Shown here piece by piece: positions 16,274 to 23,368 of a DNA stretch of 53,126 bases. The stretch lies in NCBI GenBank assembly GCA_031258895.1, contig JAIRMF010000079.1:1-53126 (forward strand). Reading direction: 5' to 3'. The DNA is from Dysgonamonadaceae bacterium. Lineage in GTDB: Bacteria > Bacteroidota > Bacteroidia > Bacteroidales > Azobacteroidaceae. The notes under the pieces were generated by a model. The model had not been told where the DNA came from. It did not search any database and saw only the letters and a list, made by a program, of their open reading frames with translations. Position numbers and translations under genes: made by a program. How positions within the stretch are numbered: position 1 is the stretch's first letter; every line of letters begins with the position of its first letter.

Positions 16274-18838
16274 ATGAAAACTTCAAAGATCTTTTTCGCA
16301 AAACTTTTTGTCCTGACGTTCATTTTCGGGGCAAGTTTCACTGCTTTTGCAGACGAGCCTTTCACTCAGGAAAAACCGGTATGGAAAGCTCTTTTCGTTC
16401 TCTATCCCAACGCAGATATCAACTCAAAAGCCAGAACTGTCAGTAACGACGTTCAGGTAATCTCCGACGAGAAAATTGAAAATCATGAGAAATATGCTGC
16501 TGCAGGCTTTAAGTGGGCTATCGAGGAAAGCACCCATCACCGTATCGAAGTTCAACCTACTGTGGTTGTCTCACGTACGGAGCTAAAAAGTGCCGATCTC
16601 ATCGATACCGGCTATGGAAATTATGCCCTTCGTATGCCAAAAGCGGACAGGGACGAATATAACTACGACTCCTATGATGTAGTATTCGTGACGGCGCAAC
16701 ATAAAGAACCTTCGTGGGCGGGTCTCTCTTGGGGACCTATGGACGGCGGCCCTCCATATATCAATGTTGTTGACTTTTTAAGCGATGAAAATACCTCGTG
16801 GAATGCGTATATGCATGAATTTACCCACGGTTTTTCCGATCAAACTAAGAGTACTACAGGGTCAAAGCATCAGCCTGTGAGTGGGACTCTCGCAGACGAA
16901 TATAGTAACTATGGTTACTCTGCGGAAAATCAGCAAGGTAATCCATGGTTCCAAATGCACCCTTTCATTTGTTTCTACCATGATATTTTTGAAGGTACGT
17001 TGAAAAATTACAACACAGGGCAAAAATACCTCGGAGTACACCCCAGTCTTTGGCGGTACAATTACAGTCACAAAGGTACAACGGCCAAACCTGCCTATCC
17101 TGCGTGGGATCTGAGGAACAGTTTCATTACCTACGAATTTTTCGAATGTTCGGGGAAAGTGAATATGTACGACCAGGATATACCGATGCTTCTGAACAAT
17201 GACTATGAGATAACAAAGGATACCGAAACTAAAACCATAACTCTCACCGGAATCAAGGATTATACCGGAACATTGTCTTTTTCCTACGAAAATGAACCGG
17301 TGAAGTACACTGTAACCTATGAAACCAACAGTGAGGAAGTGAAGGAACCCATTTCTGTTGATTGCCATACACAACTTACCGAACCAAAATTGGCTCCGAA
17401 AGCGGGTTATACCTTCGACGGCTGGTTTACGGAACCTGAATTTTATAATAAATGGCTGTTCGATTACGGAGTGTTTCATGAAGGTAACCTGACTCCTGAT
17501 GGTGATTTGACGCTTTATGCCCGATGGATACCCGTTGCCGGAGGCAATATCATCAACCTTGCCGATGATGCAGCACCTTCAAGCGGTGAGGGCTGGACCT
17601 ATGCAAGCAACGTCTATACCGTTCTGGACGGGGCAAATGTGGTTATTGCCGGAGCAAGTACTACCAAACGTGTTGTTGTCGCGAGTGGCGCAACTGCAAC
17701 AATAACTCTTGATGGGGTAGAAATTACTCCTGATTCAAAAGGCAATTACGCACCCTTGACCGTAACCGATGCAAATGTAACTTTGCTTCTTAGCAAGCGA
17801 AATACTTTGACGGCGAGCGGTTCATACAGCCATGCAGCAATCGAACAGAGTGGCGGAGGTACCTTGATTATCAATAATGCCGAAGAAACAGCAGGTGTGC
17901 TTTATGCTACGGGCGGTAAATTTTCAGCCGGCATCGGTGGAAAATCCAATTCGGGTTGTGGTACAATCATAATAAATGGAGGTGTGATCTTTGCTTCAAG
18001 TGATGTTACATACAGTGCCACATCGCACGGAGCTGCTATCGGCGGCGGACGCTACGGAAAAGACGGTAACATAACGATTAACGGTGGCGTAATATCGGCA
18101 GTCGGCAAAAAACCGGGAGTCGCGATCGGAAATGGAGAGTCAGGCACCATCAATACCGTTACCATCAATGGCGGTACGGTATATGCAAGTGCGGGAAACG
18201 CTCGCCCGATCGGCAACGGTAACGCAACAGGAGAAGGTATAACCATAGGCGTTAATGCGGTTGTGTTTATGACAAGCAACTCACAGCCTTTTGCAGGAAC
18301 AATAGAATCGGGAGCAATCGTTCGTGAGGAGACCGTTGAGAGCGGAAGTTTTCTGACTATAACACAAAATACCGTAGATGCTCTAATTAAAGGTACAAAT
18401 CTGGATATACACGGAAATGCTATTCTCGGCGTTCCGGTTGGTGGTACATTGACGATAGACGAAGGACTTGCCCTCAACAATTACGGCAGGGTTCTCGCAA
18501 ATTCAATCAATGGCGTCAAGCAGCAGGATGGTATATCGTATGGCGATATTGTTGATTGGAACAGCGGGAACCGAGGTAATATCAATACGGCGGTAAGGTC
18601 GGTAAACGCATCATTTGAATACAAAGTCTATCCGAATCCTGTACGCGATATTTTATTTGTCGAATCCGAGGTTGCAATTGAGAAAATCGAAATAACCGAT
18701 CTAAGCGGACGGACAGTAATCGTTAAACGTCCGGTGGGAACTTCTGCCAAAATTGACGTTTCAGAACTTGCTAATGGCGTTTATTTCGTTGCAATTGAAA
18801 CAGAAAAGGGAAAAACGGCTAAAAAAATTATCAAGTAG
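16274..18838 (+). CDS. T9SS-secreted protein: HEXXH zinc metalloprotease-like N-domain, InlB B-repeat, beta-helix stalk, type A CTD
   Basis: Signal peptide (AFA); YMHEFTHGF; PKAGYTFDGWF...LTLYARW; stalk paralogous to 12597-16040; CTD VYPNP...GVYFVAI....KKIIK. Confidence 0.75.
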   Translation: MKTSKIFFAKLFVLTFIFGASFTAFADEPFTQEKPVWKALFVLYPNADINSKARTVSNDVQVISDEKIENHEKYAAAGFKWAIEESTHHRIEVQPTVVVSRTELKSADLIDTGYGNYALRMPKADRDEYNYDSYDVVFVTAQHKEPSWAGLSWGPMDGGPPYINVVDFLSDENTSWNAYMHEFTHGFSDQTKSTTGSKHQPVSGTLADEYSNYGYSAENQQGNPWFQMHPFICFYHDIFEGTLKNYNTGQKYLGVHPSLWRYNYSHKGTTAKPAYPAWDLRNSFITYEFFECSGKVNMYDQDIPMLLNNDYEITKDTETKTITLTGIKDYTGTLSFSYENEPVKYTVTYETNSEEVKEPISVDCHTQLTEPKLAPKAGYTFDGWFTEPEFYNKWLFDYGVFHEGNLTPDGDLTLYARWIPVAGGNIINLADDAAPSSGEGWTYASNVYTVLDGANVVIAGASTTKRVVVASGATATITLDGVEITPDSKGNYAPLTVTDANVTLLLSKRNTLTASGSYSHAAIEQSGGGTLIINNAEETAGVLYATGGKFSAGIGGKSNSGCGTIIINGGVIFASSDVTYSATSHGAAIGGGRYGKDGNITINGGVISAVGKKPGVAIGNGESGTINTVTINGGTVYASAGNARPIGNGNATGEGITIGVNAVVFMTSNSQPFAGTIESGAIVREETVESGSFLTITQNTVDALIKGTNLDIHGNAILGVPVGGTLTIDEGLALNNYGRVLANSINGVKQQDGISYGDIVDWNSGNRGNINTAVRSVNASFEYKVYPNPVRDILFVESEVAIEKIEITDLSGRTVIVKRPVGTSAKIDVSELANGVYFVAIETEKGKTAKKIIK
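17549..18592 (+). repeat. copy 2 of the paralogous beta-helix stalk module
   Basis: See copy 1; nucleotides 17890-17968 match 15107-15185 at 77 of 79 positions. Confidence 0.9.
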
Positions 18839-18854
18839 CCCAAATTAATTTGGG
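18839..18854. repeat. perfect 16-bp palindrome abutting the stop codon
   Basis: CCCAAATTAATTTGGG. Confidence 0.8.
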
Positions 18855-18886
18855 ATTGTGAAATCATAACAGGGTGATAAAAAGAT

Positions 18887-18943
18887 GTGTGTCAAAAGTA
18901 ATTTTCTTGATTCTCGAATATGAATTAAAAACTTTTGACACAC
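18887..18943. repeat. 13-bp inverted repeat with a 31-nt spacer (MITE/REP-like; possible terminator)
   Basis: GTGTGTCAAAAGT (18887-18899) and ACTTTTGACACAC (18931-18943), followed by TTTT. Confidence 0.7.
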
Positions 18944-19123
18944 TTTTGTTATAAAAATATTTTTAGCAGGAAGCAATAAAAGCGTCAACGAACCGTTAGA
19001 TATTATCGGATAATGAGACTAAAAAGCATTTTCTGTTCGATGGCGTATGAGACACACAAATTAGATAATGAGGTGTTGTACGGAAAAGTTAGGAAGAAAT
19101 TCAAAAATTAAAAATAGAAAATT

Positions 19124-19948
19124 ATGAACATTTTATTAAGCAAAATCAAACCATGTTTCGGTTATCTCGCATCGGGACTATCTGCCTTGATGCTATTTGC
19201 ATCCTGTAACGAAGGAGAAGGACTCGGCGGCAGGGCGTCAATCGAAGGTTACGTCTATGAAGTTGTCCATTTCGACGATAACTATTCGTTTTGGGCTGAT
19301 ACCACAAAAAACGGAAAGGCGGGAGTAAAAGTTTACATCACAGCCGAAGACGACGATCAGGTGCTCGACAACATTGATACAGGCCCTAATGGCTATTACC
19401 GTTTCGATTACCTCCGTAAAGGTCAATACCGCGTTTACGCAGAATCGAAAGACAAGTGGGACAACCAAACCCTTGAGATCAAAAACGTGAAAATAGGATC
19501 TTCGGGAACCAGTATTGCCGAACCCATATATTACCATAGAGGCGATATATACAATACGGCAATGATTAAAGGACGGGTCTGGGTTAAATATTATACTAAG
19601 TTTGAAGATAACCAGGGCAACACCGCCGGTTACATCCCCGTTAGAATCAATGGACAGGATTCTGTTCCTGCCACTTTGGCGCGGGTCTTTTGTGCAAATT
19701 CTACGGATAGCACGTATATTGCCGATTTCAGGAGTAATGGTGAGTTTGTATTCAAAGAATTACGGCCTAACAAAACGTATGAAATTTACGCCATTACCAA
19801 GGTCAAAATATCAGTGGATAGTCCGTATAAAAATTTAGAAGAGAGAACTCCTGTGCAGACCGTTGTGGTACGTGAACCTTACAAATATTATCCCGATCCG
19901 GAGGTAGGTGACCCGGAGCTATCAATTACAATCATCGAAAATCTTTAA
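19124..19948 (+). CDS. hypothetical lipoprotein with two prealbumin/carboxypeptidase-regulatory-like beta-sandwich domains
   Basis: Lipobox FASC then NEGEGLGGRASIEGYV; duplicated motif TGPNGYYRFDYLRKGQYRVYA / SNGEFVFKELRPNKTYEIYA. Confidence 0.7.
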   Translation: MNILLSKIKPCFGYLASGLSALMLFASCNEGEGLGGRASIEGYVYEVVHFDDNYSFWADTTKNGKAGVKVYITAEDDDQVLDNIDTGPNGYYRFDYLRKGQYRVYAESKDKWDNQTLEIKNVKIGSSGTSIAEPIYYHRGDIYNTAMIKGRVWVKYYTKFEDNQGNTAGYIPVRINGQDSVPATLARVFCANSTDSTYIADFRSNGEFVFKELRPNKTYEIYAITKVKISVDSPYKNLEERTPVQTVVVREPYKYYPDPEVGDPELSITIIENL

Positions 19949-19958
19949 TCATTCCGTT

Positions 19959-20468
19959 ATGAATAGAATTTCAAGGAAAGAATTTATAAGGAAATCTATC
20001 ACAGGCTTTTTCGCCACTGTTTTTGGAATCGGCGCTACTCGCGCGGTAGGTAGCCGGCAGTTGCCCGCCGAACAGCAACCATCGGTACAGCAAAGAGCCA
20101 ATGCCTATTTTCTAACTCCCGAGGAAAAACGTGCACAACGTAAAGGTCTTGTCGTCAAGGAAGAAAACACACTCGCAAACGGTAAAACCAAATGGCTTGA
20201 CCATTGGGCGGTATGGGATTCGGACGGATACAAAATTGAAGAAATAGAGTATAACACCTATGGGATCAAGATTGAAAGAAGGACCTACCAATATGATAAG
20301 GAGACCGGAAAGATAACCGAAGAAAGAGTTTATAACGACAAAAACAGACTCGATAGAATCCGCAAGTACGACTACGAGCCGGAAACTCTAAGGAAGACCA
20401 AACAATACAACTTCCTTCCCAACGGAAAGCTCTACTCGACAAAAGTCTATGAATATTCCTATAGATAA
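19959..20468 (+). CDS. small exported protein with a Tat-like signal and Tyr-rich beta-hairpin (YD/MORN-like) repeats; start placed at ATG 19959
   Basis: MNRISRKEFIRK then a hydrophobic segment; repeats EEIEYNTYG, TYQYDKETG, ERVYNDKN, KYDYEPET, YNFLPNG. Confidence 0.6.
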   Translation: MNRISRKEFIRKSITGFFATVFGIGATRAVGSRQLPAEQQPSVQQRANAYFLTPEEKRAQRKGLVVKEENTLANGKTKWLDHWAVWDSDGYKIEEIEYNTYGIKIERRTYQYDKETGKITEERVYNDKNRLDRIRKYDYEPETLRKTKQYNFLPNGKLYSTKVYEYSYR

Positions 20469-20469
20469 T

Positions 20470-21216
20470 ATGGCAGTCATTACATTAGACGAGATGTCTC
20501 ATATCCGTTTGATGGACCGTATTGACACGAAATACGTTGCAAACGCCGCTCTGTTGCCTGTGATACTATCGAAAATGCAGTCGCGTTTTATGGTTCAGGT
20601 CATTGATAGCAAGCGGATAGCAAACTATTCGACACAATATTTCGACACCAATGCCCTGGACTTTTTCACGATGCACCAAAACGGTAAACTCAACCGGCAG
20701 AAGATACGAATCCGCTCCTACGTTGACTCCAATCTGTCATTCCTGGAGATCAAAAACAAGAACAACAAAGGACGGACAAGCAAAAAACGAATACCCTCAC
20801 CCGTATCGCACGTCAAAGCCGTGAAAGACTTTGCCGAAGGCTTGAAATTTCTCAACGAAAACGCCATGTTTTCTACCGGTCTCCTTGCTCCCGTTCTGGA
20901 AAACAGCTTTCAGCGAATGACCTTTGTCAACAAAAAAGCTACGGAACGCATTACTATCGACGTCGGACTTTCGTTTCGCAACTATCATACAAACACCAGC
21001 GTATCCCTCGACAGTACGATGATCCTCGAATTGAAACAAGACGGCCTGCAACATTCGGACTTTGCCGAAATTCTAAAAGAACAGGGCGTCAGGCGTTCCG
21101 GGTTCAGTAAGTACTGCTACGGTATAATTTTCACGGATCCAAACTGCAAATACAATCGTTTCAAAAGAAAAATACATATTTTCAACAAAAACAACCTAAT
21201 TAATCAATCAATATGA
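20470..21216 (+). CDS. VTC (polyphosphate polymerase)-domain protein, CYTH/TTM fold; start placed at ATG 20470 (track starts at 20449)
   Basis: LMDRIDTKY, QYFDT, RQKIRIRSY, FLEIKNK, RMTFV....ERITID..L.F, ILELK, FSKYC. Confidence 0.88.
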   Translation: MAVITLDEMSHIRLMDRIDTKYVANAALLPVILSKMQSRFMVQVIDSKRIANYSTQYFDTNALDFFTMHQNGKLNRQKIRIRSYVDSNLSFLEIKNKNNKGRTSKKRIPSPVSHVKAVKDFAEGLKFLNENAMFSTGLLAPVLENSFQRMTFVNKKATERITIDVGLSFRNYHTNTSVSLDSTMILELKQDGLQHSDFAEILKEQGVRRSGFSKYCYGIIFTDPNCKYNRFKRKIHIFNKNNLINQSI

Positions 21217-21938
21217 TTCAAGATGTAATCGACCCAGCCATAAGAGAAGAGTATCTCAGTGATTTATCCAATACTCCTTTCTATAAGCTCACAATCGACG
21301 AAATATGCGGAAAACAGTTGCTGGACATTCCCCACTTTGGGATGCTACTGATTTCGTTTATACTGAACGTTGCAGTAGCCTGGGCTATCATACACTTTTT
21401 TTATTACAAGAAAAGCCATCGGAAAGACTACTATTTCACGTTTATGCTTTTCAGCGTAACTGTATTTTTGTTACTCTACATGCTTCAGGGCCTTTCTATG
21501 AATGTAGGCTTCGCCCTCGGTCTGTTTGCTGTTTTCGGAATGATACGCTATCGAACCGAATCGCTGCACATAAGGGACATGACCTATCTGTTTATCATCA
21601 TCGGGCTTTCCGCTGTAAACGGGCTTTCTACCTTCGTTCCATTTGTATCGGTTATTGTAGCCAACCTTCTGTTTCTTTTCTTTGTATTCCTCCTCGAGAG
21701 CAACAGATTCCTTCGCCAGAACTCCACAAAAATTGTTCTCTATGAAAAGATCAAATTGATCAAGCCCGACAAATATCGGGAATTGCTTGCCGACGTAAGC
21801 GAACGTACAGGCCTCGACGTCATCAAGATAGAAGTCGGACACATCGACTTCCTACGTGACGTAGCCTTTCTGAAAGTCCATTATGTGGCGAGTTCCGAGG
21901 AGATCAACACGATCGACCAGATAACCAAGTTCTCATAA
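21213..21938 (+). CDS. DUF4956 inner-membrane protein
   Basis: About four TM helices, GFALGLFAVFGMIRYRT, RDMTYLF..IGLS.VNGL, soluble C-terminal tail; ATGA overlap with the VTC gene. Confidence 0.88.
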   Translation: MIQDVIDPAIREEYLSDLSNTPFYKLTIDEICGKQLLDIPHFGMLLISFILNVAVAWAIIHFFYYKKSHRKDYYFTFMLFSVTVFLLLYMLQGLSMNVGFALGLFAVFGMIRYRTESLHIRDMTYLFIIIGLSAVNGLSTFVPFVSVIVANLLFLFFVFLLESNRFLRQNSTKIVLYEKIKLIKPDKYRELLADVSERTGLDVIKIEVGHIDFLRDVAFLKVHYVASSEEINTIDQITKFS

Positions 21939-22070
21939 AAGAAATATCAGGACACAAATAAGTAATAAGACATGCAGACAATTAACATCCAATGCGCCGG
22001 CAGACGTTCAATACGGAAAACGCTCTGCAAAACAGCAACAGCCGGAAATATCGGAGTAATTTTGAGAGAA

Positions 22071-22772
22071 ATGATGAGATACCGCCTGATGATAGTATTA
22101 CTGTTGGCGCCGTTATTGGTTCATGCATGGGAGCGGAGGACAGAGGGCGGTGTGTCATTGCAATACGAGGCCGAAAAAACCCTGAATGAGAACCGATATC
22201 GTAATCGACTAAGCCTAAGTGCAGATGAAGAAATACGCCTTGTCGGTAATAATAATCCGGTATCTTTCGACCGTAGCGTAACCTCTGTTGGGCTTAATTA
22301 TGGTCTGTTGGACAACCGTTTGAAGGCCGGAGCTTTCTACTCCTTCATATACCTCTGGAATGGCGATTATCTCTACGAGATGCGGAATAGGTTTTATTTC
22401 AACCTTTCCTACAGGCAGCCACTCGACAGGCAATGGCAGATTCTGTGGCGCGGACGCTTGCAAACTACTCTTCGCGATGAAAATATAGGTAGTTACCGTG
22501 TCAATCCGCGTTATACGATGAAGAACAAGATTGAAATAAGATACCACAAATTAGGCACGCCATTTCAACCTTACTTGTCATGTGACCTTTCAACCAACCT
22601 CAACGACGATAAAACTCGCTACGACATATTCCGTGCACGCATCCAAGCGGGTACCGCATACAGGTTAAACCTTACAAACACCCTCGATATCTTCGTCCGT
22701 TGGGACGAATACCGCACCGAGGATGATCCACGCAGGATTTATCTCGGTGCATCGTACAGCATGAAATTCTGA
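22071..22772 (+). CDS. DUF2490-like outer-membrane beta-barrel; start placed at ATG 22071 (track starts at 21972)
   Basis: Signal peptide MMRYRLMIVLLLAPLLVHA; alternating amphipathic strands (EEIRL, RGRLQ, FQPYLS, RARIQAGTAY); terminal BAM-type motif GASYSMKF. Confidence 0.75.
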   Translation: MMRYRLMIVLLLAPLLVHAWERRTEGGVSLQYEAEKTLNENRYRNRLSLSADEEIRLVGNNNPVSFDRSVTSVGLNYGLLDNRLKAGAFYSFIYLWNGDYLYEMRNRFYFNLSYRQPLDRQWQILWRGRLQTTLRDENIGSYRVNPRYTMKNKIEIRYHKLGTPFQPYLSCDLSTNLNDDKTRYDIFRARIQAGTAYRLNLTNTLDIFVRWDEYRTEDDPRRIYLGASYSMKF

Positions 22773-22789
22773 TAACGCCGCTTTTTACT

Positions 22790-22828
22790 CTCGCGATTTC
22801 ACCTGTCGATGGAAGCGCGAGTTTTTTT
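22790..22828 (+). terminator. intrinsic terminator closing the VTC operon
   Basis: CTCGCG...CGCGAG stem with internal pairing, followed by T7. Confidence 0.65.
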
Positions 22829-22858
22829 GTAAGAAATTTCACTTTTAACAGTTTTTAT

Positions 22859-22889
22859 TTTGTGTTATAAAAAACATTCCCTACCTTTG
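22859..22889 (+). promoter_or_regulatory. canonical sigma-70 promoter about 480 nt upstream of susC
   Basis: TTTG (22859-22862), 19-nt spacer, TACCTTTG (22882-22889), then CACCC. Confidence 0.75.
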
Positions 22890-23368
22890 CACCCATTATG
22901 GTTAAAACAGCAACGCATAAAGATGGAATAGCACAGCTCGATAATACTGTATATCAAGTAGTATCGGATATTTCGTTGCAAAAACAAATAACCCGAGATC
23001 CAAAATTTCCGTTCGCGAAAAATAAAAACATCCAAAAAAATAATAAAAACATTTCAAAACTCACCTCTTTCCCACAGGAAAGCATGACGGATTCTTTACC
23101 GGAAACAGTTTCCGTAAAAATGCACCAAAGGGCTGCTGTGACACAATTGTTTAGAGAAACGCGCGGTCATTTCCGTGAAATGCGGACAAGCCAACGGAAT
23201 GGACCTTTCCCTATTTGCGGGACTTTCTTTATCGGCAAGTCAATAAATTTCAAACAGGAATATGTAGGCGCTCCATCATCATTTTGCCGTTGTCGGTTAT
23301 GATGCTCATGGCGGTGCTACCGTGCAAAATTAAAAAAGTCGAATAAAAACATATAATCTAATTCTTTT

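Noticed and set aside
14772-18592. Possible diversity-generating retroelement (TR/VR pair) suggested by the duplicated stalk
   Set aside because: No reverse transcriptase is present, both copies are coding, and the two differences in the best tract are synonymous C/T rather than adenine-specific.
18887-18943. Possible invertible (phase-variable) promoter
   Set aside because: The 31-nt spacer holds no TAnnTTTG in either orientation and there is no adjacent invertase; kept only as a repeat.
22898-23302. 134-aa ORF as a confident CDS
   Set aside because: No recognisable domain and it has low-complexity A-rich stretches; reported only as part of the susC leader finding.
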